Positions 13,401 to 25,900 of a DNA stretch of 64,000 nt are shown piece after piece. Made by a program: the position numbers and the translations under genes. The notes beneath the pieces are model-generated. The model ran no database searches. It saw nothing but the letters and a program-made list of their open reading frames with translations, and had not been told where the DNA came from. Origin of the DNA: Nymphaea colorata (lineage: Eukaryota); assembly GCF_008831285.2 (NCBI RefSeq), contig NC_045138.2:41230001-41294000 (forward strand). Direction: 5' to 3'. Positions within the stretch are counted from its first letter, which is position 1. Every line of letters starts with the position of its first letter.

Positions 13401-15053
13401 TCAGCAGCAGGCTGACCTCATGCAGAAGATATGCCCTTCAAGGATGTCTTCTCTGTCTATTTCCAATGGATCTCACACTACATGTAAGTCATTTTTGGAG
13501 TTACTTCACATTCATTTTGGATTAAATATCTTATACATTTCAGCTGATCTAGTCCTTTGTCTACAGATTCAATTATAGTGAAGCACCAGCCTTCTTTTTG
13601 TATGGGTTTTGCATCTTCTCATTTACTGAGGGAAATGGGAACATGCTAGGGTCTGAAAGTTTGAAGTCTTGCCATTTGATATTCTGACAAAGTGATAATG
13701 GTGTTCCCAATGTCTGTGGTTGCACGTTTAATTAATAGGACTCCATCAGTATACTGATGGTTTCTGGCCATCGTGGTGCCAGATATTGATGTAGGACCAC
13801 TTGAACATTCCCACCTACCAATAACTGGCTTCCTGTGACCTCAAATCAGGGGCATGATTTTTTACATGAGTGCTTCATTACTCATTAATTTGGACCCCAT
13901 TTGACCAAATGTAATACTTCTTGGTCACTGCTTTGTCATAAACTGGCATGGGATATCATCCGCTGAACGATTTGTGGCTCATCTGGTTCCAAATGCTACT
14001 TGAAACATGATATTCAGATGCAGAAGGCATACTATGTCTCTATGCATGTCTATACACAGAGACACACACAGAAACACGTAAAAGTTTTTGGTTGGTAAAT
14101 GATCCTTTCAGTGGTTTGTGTAGATCTTTGATGCTTACATGTTGGGGAATAAAAATTGGGTACACAAGAATGCTTTTTAGGAGTGGATGAATACATATCT
14201 GGCATGATTTGTCCTTTTCCCTTTTTGAATGAATATGCATGTGAAGTTGCTACCTTTTTTCTTGTATTGTTTATTTCTCTGACATTAGATTATTTCAGTA
14301 CAACAGCAAGCGTCAGCATGTTATTCTACCGAGCACTCAAGGATACCTGACCAAATGCACCATGCAACAGTTCCTTCAGGTGGTATTGTGAATGGCACAG
14401 CTTCAATGGGCCAGCATATACATATAAATGAGGATCTTTGTTCTCAAACTGGACAAACAGATATTTCCCAAAATATGCTTGCTGTTCAGCAGTCGCCAAT
14501 AGGGATCATGCAAGGAAACAGTGAGATAGCGATTAAGTCTGAACCTGACTGTCCAAACAGTTCAGCCTTTGGGTTTGGTGCTGATAACATTTCTGATGCT
14601 GCCCCTCCTGGTTCTTTCAACAGCATGGATTCCACCGCAAATGCCCTACAAGGATCATTCCTAGAGCCTGACACATATGGCTTTCTAAGTCAGATACCTC
14701 GGAATTTCAGCCTTTCTGATTTGACAGCAGGGTTTTCTCAGAGCACTGGTAGGTGATCTCCCTGTTGTGTTCATAATCTTCAGCAAGTACCTTTTAATGG
14801 AGGTTAACAGTAAATTTAATACTGGATAAACATTAAACAGAAATACTGCAAAGCTACACAGGCTGTCCGTATCTGGCAGACACGGATGGGTTTCTGGAGT
14901 CACCTGGGGGTGAAGGTTAGTTTTTCATGTTGTGTTTGCAATGACCAGTTTGTAGACTCGCTGTTTTGATTCCTGGGCATGTTATGCGCAGACGCAAAAA
15001 GGCCAGATACAATATCAGAAGGTCTAAGCTATGACGAGTTTGGTAGTGATTAA
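3402..15053 (+). CDS. Plant-specific TIGR01589 (A_thal_3526) domain protein, about 390 aa, 7 coding exons
   Basis: Exons 3402-3440, 6297-6557, 7802-7907, 13304-13483, 14299-14748, 14841-14915 and 14992-15053 join in frame through GT-AG introns (1173 nt). The product has the family core 'RRVSRQDIQLVQNLIERCLQLYMNRKEV..L..QAKIEPGFTDLVWQKLEEENREFFKAY', the motif 'IPRNFSLSDLTA' and a C-terminus 'DTISEGLSYDEFGSD*'. The first exon (MKDQGCSPTDLHQ) is the least certain. Confidence 0.88.
7265..7684. mobile_element. hAT-type MITE carrying an (AT)n/(GT)n microsatellite, in intron 2 of the TIGR01589 gene
   Basis: Terminal inverted repeats CTACGTCACATGGGTGC ... GCACCCATGTGACATAG (16/17 match). The 8-bp flanks GTTCAGAG/GTCCAAAG resemble a decayed target-site duplication. 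A partial relative lies at ~19180-19410 (ends TGTGACATAG). Confidence 0.7.
8642..12468 (+). mobile_element. Degenerate Ty1/Copia LTR retrotransposon in intron 3 of the TIGR01589 gene
   Basis: Two diverged direct repeats (~8642-9041 and ~12140-12468) share e.g. 'tagttcatttctggtcaaaattag' / 'tagttcagttctggtcaaaattag' and 'cattgagaattg'. A PBS-like TGCTATCAAGGC lies at 9042 and a PPT-like AGAAGAGGG at 12131-12139, followed by TG. Relic coding motifs: gag 'KGKELWDY' (~9264), integrase 'ELVHLDVW' (~10350) and RT 'KGYS...FAPVVRMTT' plus 'DVKNAFLNG' (11640-11790). Integrase precedes RT, the Copia order. Many stops and frameshifts. Confidence 0.8.
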
Positions 15054-15399
15054 TCTTGTAAGTTTCTTCAATCTGCAGTTTTATGTTCATTAACTTAAAG
15101 CATCATCTACCCATAATACGTAAGTAGATTACCCAAGTGTTCGCATCAATGGCTTTTCTGATGGTGCTGCCCCTGACATATAGGTGGAAAGCAGTATCAG
15201 GTTGGAGATAGTTTGATGTTACTTTCTTGCAATTGACAAATAGCCATCATACAAGGTGAGTTCTTTGTACATAGCATTTTTAGATGGACAAGCACAATTC
15301 TTGGAACTAAGTGCTCTCTGAGTGTGAATACATCGTAACAATAATGCAATTTGCTGATGTAAAGTCATCTCTGCTCTATCTTACTGTTAATTAATCATT

Positions 15400-16135
15400 T
15401 TCTGCATATCTCTAATTTTGACAAATTTAATGCTGATGAAGTTGTGGATGATTTATTTAAGGTTCGCTGGAACATCTTTCTTCTTACGTGGCACTCCATC
15501 CAAATGTTTTGGAATGAGCATGGGTTCATGTTATAAGTTGGTAGCCTCTGCATGTTTGATTATGCTATGAACGGTGAAGGCCCCAAGCCTTCTCAGGACC
15601 CGCCTATTAGTGGCCTCCGAGGATGTCAAAATTTGAAAACTAGAGATTTGTGCGAGTGAGAACCAAGATTGGGACTCTATTTGTGCACATCTCACAGCTC
15701 GAACACCTTGGGTTGTCCAATATTTGTATATTTCGTTTGTGCAAAACGCTTCAGCACCCAACAGTTTGGATTCTTGGGGTTTCAGCAGAATCCTGGAGGG
15801 GCAAAAAAAGGACGAACATTAACCATAAATATACTTGGGGGCTTCATAGGATGGTTTGCTCACCTGGCCTTGGCCTTGTTTGACGAGGGTTTTCCTTGTG
15901 ATATTTTAGGAATATCCAGGCCAGTGTCATTCGCCACATGCCCTGATTTCCAGGAAATTCTTGTGAACAAAGTTATTGCAAGAATTGAGACGGCCTTTTA
16001 TCTTATTGATGTAACTGTATAGAGGCTGGACTCTAGACGACAGAGACATTATGCGCATAACCTTCCTGTTAGATTCAACCTCTTATTCGCTTTGTAGGTA
16101 AAGACACGCAGCCCAAGTAACCAAAAGTGGACATG
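15400..16135 (-). mobile_element. Degenerate LINE (L1-like) ORF2 3' fragment
   Basis: Minus-strand relic peptides appear in L1 ORF2 order: 'YLG', then 'IDKIKGRLNS', then 'NIWMECHVRR' (compare IWxERNxR). They are broken by stops and frameshifts. Confidence 0.5.
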
Positions 16136-17098
16136 CGGATCCCTGATTTCTGAAAGGATTCAAATTATGTCTTATAATTTCTGGGTTTTTATTTATTGAG
16201 GAATTCTAAATCGGATCTTAATCATGCCAGAACTTCTGAAAAGTTTTTAGGGATTCAAACTTCTCGTAGTTCCAAAATTTTTAAGTTGAATCGGCGATTC
16301 TTTAGTCCATATCCGACTCTAATTTGGACGAGTATGGAGTCATAGCGTTTGCAGGTTGTCCATTCCAACATGACCCGGAACGACCTCATTCTCACCGAGC
16401 TCGTACCTCATGTTTGGTTACAGTGGCTGTTTGCTAACACGACTAGGCGGAAGCCTGGTGGCTCGTAAGTGGAATCAATCGATGGGATCTCCAAAAAGTG
16501 CATTAGAACTGCGTTCTTCAATAATCTGAATGGACGTCCAGAAGAAGATCGTCAGCCATTTATTTGGTGCATAAATGTAGCTAGGAATTTAACCCCACCG
16601 GCGTACAAATTTGATCAACTGCTATCGAACCACTGAATTTTATTTTTTTTTTGGGGGGCTTTTTGTCAAGAAGTTCAATTTGAACGGAAAATCGCAACCC
16701 TAACAGGAACGCCGCCATTCAGAGTCTCTGGTCCCTCGTGTTCTTTGACACAAGTTCTTCACGACGAAACCGAGGAAACCAAAGTTTTCAATTGGATTGA
16801 GCAAGATATGTGATTGACAGTTTACAGCCCTGTGCCTTTTCTCTTTCGTGCTTGCGGTATGTTTGATATTTCTCAGGATTTTTCCCCTAGAAGCCAGGTA
16901 TCTTAAAATGCAACAATATTCCCCCCTTAAGACATGGTCAATTTCCAATGAACCAGAAAAATTCACATAACGAATTACAAAAATTCGGAATAAAATCTTC
17001 CAGCATTTCGTGTTCCAAGTTCCAACCGTCTTCCATTGAGTACCATGTTATGTCGAAAAAGTGATTATTTTCTCACAGAACGGAATAAAAACAAGTCT

Positions 17099-20000
17099 TC
17101 AGTAAGATCTTCCACAATGTATCAAGCTCCCAGCACCTAGGAAAAGGCCGAAGACAGCTGCACTACCAAGAGTGGTTTGGCCAACATATCTGATCTTCAA
17201 CAGTCCGGGAACCTAAAATTTCAGTATTAAAGGGAATCAAATAAACAAACATAATTCTCAGCATACAAAAGCAAATCAAGTTTGAGTTATCCAACACCAC
17301 TAGGAACACCACCCGATCATGAAAAAATAAAATGGACAAAGGACAAGATTGGACTCTAAATTTCAAGCAGATGGAATATGAAGAACAGGATAGAAGGTGA
17401 ACTAAATATTAGGTAAATTGCCTTCTTTTAATATTTTCAGACTTTCAGTTCAAAATCAGTCTCAATCAGCCTGAATTGGCTTAACTCACATGCACTATCG
17501 TTTTTCTTTTTCCTTTTCATTTCAAATTTTTATTTTTTAACCTTTTCCTTTTGACTTCTTTGGAAATAAGTACAGTACTTATCTGCTGTCACCAATTCAA
17601 GAACGACTTCTGCCAATTCTAATAATTCGGCTACCTGATCCGATACACAAACTGATTTTGATTACATCGGTTTCCAGCAATAATCAATATAAAATACCGC
17701 TCCACATATGCGAGCCTATTCTCATTCCCAAACCAGAAGCAACCTGTTAACTAACAGAAACCTAACTTGTACATTCAGAAAGTCGTGTTCATTGTGATAT
17801 TTCACATTGTGAACAGATTTGCTATGTAATATTAAATCATGGCCAACATATTCTTATTTCTTAACTACCCTGTGAGTTTACCCCTAGCCGATACGCAAAA
17901 TATTGATAGGGCCTGTCTTTGCTGGAGAAGTTAATCATGCGCGTCGAATTTCTCAAGTGGGACTCTAATTCCTCTTATCTCTTTTTTTCTTTTTGGAAGG
18001 GAAGAAGGTTGGACTAACAGAATGAAGAACATGGTTTGGGGGGTTATGTGATCGTAGTAGAATGAATAAGCTTCTAGATCACAGGGTCAGTGCAGCAAGC
18101 CAATGCACTATCCACAAACTAGAAATTAGCTACGTAATACCATTAGTCATCCATAAGAACATAAGAAGGTTTAGACAGTTTGTATCTTAATTAAACAAGA
18201 AATCGGTATCCCTGGACGTAACAAAAGCAAAATACCATCTAAAAAGTTCCATATTGAACTTAATAACCAAGAACGTATCATTACTTTAAATAATCTTTGT
18301 TAAGTTGATGAAGGATGAAAACTATAAAAATTAATCATCTAAATAAATGAATCAACTATGGATGAATGCAATAGGTGACAAACCTGATAAGCTCTTAAAA
18401 AACAAGTTTTGAGTAACTAAGGATTGGTTACTGCACCTTGTACCTGATAGCTTCATAAGTTCCATAGACAGCACCTGCAGAGAACAAGATATAAGAATTG
18501 TGGATGTGAAGCTTCCTTAACAAAATCAACCAAAGGGGAGATAAATCGAACATCATACATCTAAATTCAACTTTCATACAAATATCCTTCTGTAACGGAT
18601 CACTGCAATTTTGATATTTTCATTTACAAAATAATGGAAAAAGTGGGCACCATAAGCCTCATGTACACCTCAAAGGCTCAACCAGCTGCTTTTATATGGA
18701 AAAGAAAAAGTTCGATACTATAAACAACTAGTCACAAAAAACACGTCATTTTCGAAAAAAAAAGTGAGAAAATAAAATGCCGTTTAAAACTTAAAAAAAT
18801 GCTTTTTTTGAAAAAAAAATGTGAAAAACAAAAAAAAAAAAACGCGTTAAGAATGTCTTTTTCACTTTTTCATTTTTTTAATGCCAAACTGTTTTTTTTC
18901 ATTTTCTATTTTTTATTTGTTGCAAATCTACTTATCTTTTGATGTTTATGTTATTATTTTTTCACTTATTTTATTTTTCCCTATTTTTACTTTTTTTATT
19001 TTTTAAATACCGTCTTTACCCCTTTTTCTCGTATTTTTCAAGTCTGCCTAATTATACCCGAGAAAAACTTCGTCATTTAAAACTCCGAGACGTTATTTGT
19101 GACTATCTTATAAACCAGTAGATCACTCCGGTTACAGGACAGAAGATGGAAAAAACATGATTATCCATTGCTTTACAAGGAATGGGTGCAGGGGTGCAGC
19201 AAGGGTATATAATTTGTCCTTTTTCTTATTTTTATTACTGTAAATAAAGAAAGAGAGGGAGAGAGAGAGAAGAAAAAGAAAGAGGGAAAAATTTTTGAAA
19301 GTGAACAATAGAGGGTGTGGTTGGGTTGCGTGTCAAAGCTACACCCACGTCCACAATCGCTGCGACGTGGGTGCTGCCCCTACTTTTTTGAAGAGTCTGT
19401 GTGACATAGATAACAATTAAAAGCCGAGAACATTAATTTCAACCACACATGAATACTTGTTTGTGTTCTTAAATCACAAAAACAGATGTCATCACCAAGA
19501 AAATTGAAGTTGAAGTTCATAAGGAAACATGAACAATACATCACTTGCAAGGATACTGAAAGCATGCACAATGGGCTCAACAAAAAAAGGCAAAACAATT
19601 ATGAAGGATAGGTTACCATCAGCCCTTGTCACATGCAAGATGGTACTACTTTGTTGTACCTAAAAGACTTGTTCGGATCTATCTAATATCCTAAACAAGT
19701 GAAATTCTATTCTAATAAACAAGAAACTGAAGCACAAACAGGTGAGTACATCCTTCCTTTATTGCATAAGATGTATCCCTTGTCTGTATTGTTTCTACGT
19801 TCAGTAGAAGTACTCAGTTCAGTGTGCGCGCTAAACGAAGAAAAAAGTCTTGCAAATAGAACATAAATAACAAAAAAATAAGTAACACCATAAAAGGAAA
19901 AACTTTTAGTAAGGGTCACATTAGGCCGATCAACCATACCCAACTATCATGACTTTCACCATCAAGTTCCCCTTCGGAAGAGGTGTCTTCCACTGACGCC

Positions 20001-20611
20001 AAATAACATGGACAACGATAGACCAACCATTTTACATATAAAACCCCAAACCCTTCCCCAGATAAATAAATAATAAATAATAAATAATAAAAAAATCAAA
20101 GGCTATTCGTAAAGCGTCAATCCAGCATCGACCATTTCCTCTTCAAAGCCACTGGGAATCAAAAACTTCCCCCCATTACAAACCACATACCGTGCTTCAT
20201 GCAGTCACTTCAAGAAAAGTGCAGAACAAAGAAAGCCACTGAATCTCCAACCCATCAGAGAATTTCCCCTCAATCTCCTTCTAATTCAACCACTCACCAC
20301 AGCGAGGACGCAAACAATGAATGGATAAACAGGGGCGAAAGACGAAACGTAGAATCCAAGAAACTACGCGATACCCACAATCCACCATCACCCAATTTGC
20401 TCCATACGTCTCGATACTTAGACTTCCCAGTTAGAGCTTCAGATTGGATAGCATCTCAAATTTCATTCTGTAATCCCCAATCCCCGCGCCAAATGGAAAC
20501 GAAATAAAGAAAAAGAGAGGGGGAGAGAGAGAGGATACCAACAGCTCCACCGATGGCTCCACCCACTGCAACACCAGTAGCTACCCTCGAGAGACAGCTA
20601 TCCCTGGCCAT
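17099..20611 (-). CDS. ROMO1: Reactive oxygen species modulator 1 / Mgr2 (TIM23 complex subunit), 74 aa
   Basis: Exons 20611-20539, 18474-18437 and 17212-17099 (225 nt) give MARDSCLSRVATGVAVGGAIGGAVGAVYGTYEAIRYKVPGLLKIRYVGQTTLGSAAVFGLFLGAGSLIHCGRSY*, a glycine-rich Romo1/Mgr2 sequence. It is absent from the ORF track because the exons are short. Confidence 0.93.
18729..19105. mobile_element. MITE (family A) in ROMO1 intron 1
   Basis: TIRs TAGTCACAAA...ACGTC / GACGTTATTTGTGACTA with an A-rich left arm and T-rich right arm. Extensive similarity to 54911-55269, e.g. 'tttgttgcaaatcta(c/g)ttatcttttgatgttt'. Confidence 0.75.
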
Positions 20612-21529
20612 CCTCCCACTCCTTCAATCTCTGTTTCTTCTTAGCTTCCCCTCGCCCCTCTCTACCTGGCCAGCGTGACGAAGAAAAAAGATGGGCGCCT
20701 TCCGCCCTTACTACTCGGTCTCGTGTCCTCACTCCTCCTCACTTCCATTTCGCTTCTCCTTCTCCGCTCTTATAGACAAATTTCATTTAGGGTACCAACC
20801 TTTAGTATAAATCAAGAAAGTACAACGCGCTTCTGATTTTCTATCGACTGTCAATTTGTTGACAACCATTGGGAGGGCCTCCTCAAGTTCAACACCGTTC
20901 ACTCTAAAACATGGGGAGATTTCATACCGTTCGCATTCATTTTCATGTTGAAATGCAATTTTAATCTTTTGTAAATCTTGACTAAGTGGACGAGCTTCCC
21001 GGATGAGATCTTGGATAGGTGTCTCCTATTCAATACTTGTCAATGAAAACAAGGTCCGTGTCAAAGAAACAAGGGAACATGTAATGTTTCTTATTTTTCA
21101 AAGTAGAGATGCCGCCGGTTATTTTTCTCGAAAGCCTAATATTTCATTATGTGCATTTTCCCTTTGTCTTGTACATATTTTTGGTTTTGTTTTTCAATTT
21201 GGACAGAAGCTGTGACTTTTTAAAAAAGAAAGTGAAAAACCAGGCTATTCACAACAAACTTGGTTTTGAGAATTTCACGACACATGGTTCTAAAAACTCA
21301 TTAAAAAACACGATTTCACAAAACTAAGTTTTTAAAAATGGATTAAATGTGTCATCCAAACGTCTCTAAAAGAATTGATGTAATTTTATTACCAACTTCA
21401 TGATTTTGTTTAAAAAAACTATTTCTTACGCTGTTCAATTCACTCACATTTTAACAAAACTGCTTACACTGTCAAAAGATAAAAAGTTCTAGGAAATTCC
21501 TTCGTCATCATTTCATATGACTACCATCG

Positions 21530-21990
21530 AACAGGTTATAAGCAAGAGGGACGGGCTTGAAGACTACTCCCTGTTAACACGAGGGCCGGAGGGCCCTAGG
21601 ACATATGCCTATTCCACACAAGTCGTCTTTGACAACCATGTATCCATCCGAAGCACGAAAAATACAAAAGAATCACTTAAACTTGACAAAAAGGGGGCGA
21701 AGCCCCAATTCTTGACCTTCAAAGCGACTTGCACTAGACTAAAGGCGAGGATGGTACCAATCTCCTTTGGTTCCCTAAATCCGATACTTTCTCCTTCTCT
21801 CCAATACAAGGTCGAAGAAGATCGAATGTATACATTAATGTCTCGGTATAGTCTTTCGTGGCTCATAGATCGTATTTTACACCCAGCTGTGGTTTTGAAA
21901 GGAATCACAGCCATTATCACGCAAGATAAATTGGAAAACACTGGATCAGCTGTTTTTGTATGTTCCTCATAACTTTTAATTGTCCCCCAC
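21530..21990 (-). mobile_element. Possible LINE 3'-end remnant
   Basis: Minus-strand 'STLYWREGESIGFRE' loosely resembles the L1 ORF2 terminal IWxERNxRxF motif, followed by a GC-richer tail. There is no splice support for a host gene. Confidence 0.3.
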
Positions 21991-22106
21991 CAATAATTTT
22001 CTTATTGTGCTGAAGAGGTTGCTCTTGATTATTAAAGGCAACGAGACTTGAATTATTGCTTCATTGTGCAATAAACATAACTAAATATATAATACATATG
22101 GTGATA

Positions 22107-22422
22107 CTAATGTCCCAGAAAATGAGTCCTATTGAAAAAAAAACGTATATAATACGCCAAAACACAGTCAGTGAAAAAAATGCATCTTTTAACAAAACAA
22201 CAGAAAATAAAAAAACATGAAAAAAAAGTATTATACACGTTTTTTCATATTTTTTTATGATTTTTATTCTTTTTATAATTTTTTAGATTTATTAAATGTT
22301 TTAAATTTTTTAAAAATTTGCCAAGATTTTCCAGTTTTATTTCCGAGATATACAACTTTGTAGTATTATACCCAAGAAATTCATCGCTGTATAATACATA
22401 TACAAGTTTTTTGTGACAATAG
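22107..22422. mobile_element. MITE (family B)
   Basis: Shares 'gtattatacacgtttttt' and 'ccgagatatacaactttgt' with 42735-43053 and ends in TTGTGACAATAG. Confidence 0.65.
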
Positions 22423-22992
22423 GTGATAAAGAAGAATCATAAACAAACATTTCTACATATGAGTTTAGCAAGTTCTCTACGGAGAACTCAGCATGTGACC
22501 AGCTTACCTTCTGCATTCATGTTTATAGCATTGATCTCTTCTCATGGGGAACAGATGAATGACTTCTGATTGCTGATGGCAGATTCCACGATTACCTATT
22601 CTTCATCTCATTGATAGAGAAATATTAATCTGAAAATCAATGTCAGAGCCCATACAGCCAACTGAAGTTGCAGCTCAAGCCACTGTAAGACTGTATCTTG
22701 CTATCTCCAAACCGCTGATGCAGGAAAGAGCAATAGTCATAACACCCTTGATGCTAGTGGCAAACGGCTAAGGATTGAGCATCAAAACCAATCACAACCT
22801 GGAGCACAATAAGCATTACCAATTTAGGGTCTTAGGGAAGAGTTAAATGGGTAATGCCATCTGATTAACATAGCAATTCCAGTGTCCCAAAGCATATGAA
22901 ACCAAAAAACTCATCTGAATGTTGTGATAAACGCCATACCATCCAAACAAACAGAATGACAGTGCACTTGAATTATGCTAAGATGCAAGGGA

Positions 22993-25900
22993 TCAGATTA
23001 CGTACATACGATTGATGCAATTTTTTATTTTATATCCTGATTTGGATGCTCCATAACTAAAACCTAATTCTCTCAAGTTTGCATATAAAGATGAACGCAC
23101 CAACCTTCTGTTTACTTTCTTTGTCTTGGTAGTAGAGACATGGCGGGCAGAGGCAACACATTTCTCTCTGACTTCTGTGTGGCATGTGCCGGCATTAAGT
23201 TTTGCTTTTGACATTCCTGTTAGACAGTATCAGTCAGTAAGCTTGATACAGAAGCCCTGCTACAAATATCAAAATCAATTTGAGAACCTTCATGAGAAGA
23301 TAGCGGTGATTGGACTTCCAAGCCTGCTTCTTCAGATGCTGTTACCACACCTGAACTTCCAGAGCATTTCATTGTTTCGTGGTCATGTAGATTGTGTTGA
23401 TTAAGTGGAGTTCCAGCAGTGCATGCTACCACGTCAGGATTGATGACTTCGCCTTCGTCCGAACATGTAAAGTACCAGTCAGGAGGACTAGACTAATGAT
23501 AATGAACCAGGCAGGAGACTAGCAATCTTTACCCTGTAACTTGCGGGTTTTATTCAGCTTGGCCTTTTGAAACATTTTGAATATAAAAGCCAGGATATTG
23601 ATTCCATGTGATTCCATTGCAAATTAAAAAAGTTCTTTGAGACAGCCAAAATGATTTATGGATCAGAACCTCCAACCAAGACCAGACGATTCCTCATTCA
23701 ACTAAAAGATAGATTGAAGCAAAGGTAAGAACAGAAAAGGCTAATGTAATAATTTTGGCCAATGAACTTTCTGGACCAAGAAATATGCACTTTTGGAAGT
23801 ACTTCATTGCGAACAATATACCTGCTTCATTTCTAGTTCATTACAATCAAAATACAACAACTCATGCCAATAAGTTCAAGTCAAGGAAAACTGTTTTTAA
23901 ATGCATAAATATCAAAGTCTGAACAGGAAACTCATAATTTCAACTTCAACTTGTCAATTGTCATGAAGTGAAGAGTTAGAAATGAAGTATGTAAAATGAG
24001 CAACAGGCAAAAGGACACCACTAGGTTCTCAAAATACAAATCATGGAAAAGTGCAAGAAAATCAGCACCCATGACCCGATAATAGTACCATTTTGTCATC
24101 AGATAAATTGCACAGCCCACGTGTTTTGACAATTAAAGCCTACCTGTGGCAATATCAAAATGAATATCCTCCCTTGTGCCCTTCTTGGCCACCAGCTTTT
24201 CTATGCTTTCCACTTTCTGTTGATGTAACAAAGCATTATGAGCAGTCATCTCTTGCTCTTTCCTCTCTGTGTGATGCTTGCTCATCTTCTCCTCAAACTC
24301 TTCAACACACGTTTTCACCTCTGGCTTTGCAAATTTCTTTGCCTAGTGAACCAAGTAGAACAAGTTTAAAGTTTAAACACATGAAATGTATGCATTGTTC
24401 ATCATTGCAATAAAAGTAACTGCACCTTGTTTATGATAACTCTGAAATGGGAAACCACAGACTCTTCTGATAAGGCATGTTCATAGCTCTTAAAGGACTC
24501 AATAAGTTTCTTGATTCCTTTCTCTGTTAGGGTCAACAGTGAAAGGCAGTAAGCTATGCCTTCCCATTGTTTAACATCTGCAGTACAGTGTGCAACATCA
24601 ATCAATCCAAGCTAATGAACAGGGAGTTATTGCTCAGCAAACAGATGGGGAAACTAAGCAAATGACTATCAAATCTTTTAATTCATCTTCAGTAAAACAG
24701 TGGCCATAATATTTCACAATGTAAGATATGTCACTAAGAATCTCCAGTTCCAGCCATGGTATATCCTAAAACAAAATAGAAATATTGATGCATGTAACTT
24801 TTCCATATATAGCAAACACTTCTAATTAGATATCATCTAGGTTTCAGGATGCATATCTAAGAGGTAAAACAATATACTGGTGGCAAAGTAAGTTTAAGAA
24901 AATGTTTTAAATCTTAAAGTTCTAACAAATCAAAGAGTAGAATGTTGAAAAACAAAACATGCATGTGTTCAAAAAAGGGCAGTTTAGAAACTTGACAGAA
25001 AAATATGTAGTAGACAAATTTGTATTTTGGTGGCACTAAACATAATGCAACAGATGATGGATATACTCCTTTGTTAAAATCTTCAGGTCTTAACATGCTG
25101 AATATTCAAACAGACACAGGAAAATTCAAAAAGCAAATTGTTAGCTTTTGTTAAAAAAAAAACTCCTTAATAGGAGAAAATGTAGGAATTCATCAAAAGG
25201 GGCCACAATCACATCCAGAAATCTATTCCATCAGCTTTCACACGACATGAACGACAAAAAGCAGCACAAGAAAAGAGCCAGTTTGGAAATGTGAATGAAG
25301 AAGGCTTCTGACCTAACCACTGTTTTATAAAGAAAAGAAAAATCCAAATGTTTTATGATGCCTGCTATACTGCATGGTGAATCCCCCAAGCTACATTGCA
25401 AAAGAGTAAAACTGCTGTGCCAAATGCTACGTTATGGCTTTAGAATAACTTCCAAGAGCAGGCCTTGCATGCTCAAGAATCCATTGCAATTCAAAAAAAA
25501 AAAAACTTATTTTGACATTAATAATCTTCAAGGTGATTGTTTTTCTTTTTGTGGCACCATGGCTATAGGCTGGTTTTACAAACATCACCAACTCATTGTA
25601 TCTTCTGTCTTCCAAGAACCAAAAATGATTTGAAATTTTTTTGTTAATAGACTTCATTCTTGTTCAGTGAGAAAATGAAAAGTCCACAAACAGCAGATAC
25701 AAGTTTTAATACACACTCCAATCAAATAAAACTACAGGAGGGGAAAAAAAAAAAGATCAAATATTTGCAAAACATGCGAGAACATTTCTTCCAAAGGAAG
25801 TGAAGAGTCAACCCACCAGTCGTTCCACAGAACCTATTACAAAGCTTCTCAACCAGACCTTCCATTTGCTTGTCCTACAAAAATTTAAATATCAGAAAAA

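Noticed and set aside
18048..18118. Two short hairpins in ROMO1 intron 2, a possible H/ACA snoRNA
   Set aside because: There is no H box (ANANNA) between the hairpins, the hairpins are too short, and the best ACA is on the non-host strand.
21517..21972. 151-aa + strand ORF
   Set aside because: No recognisable domain or splice context; better explained as antisense to a TE relic.
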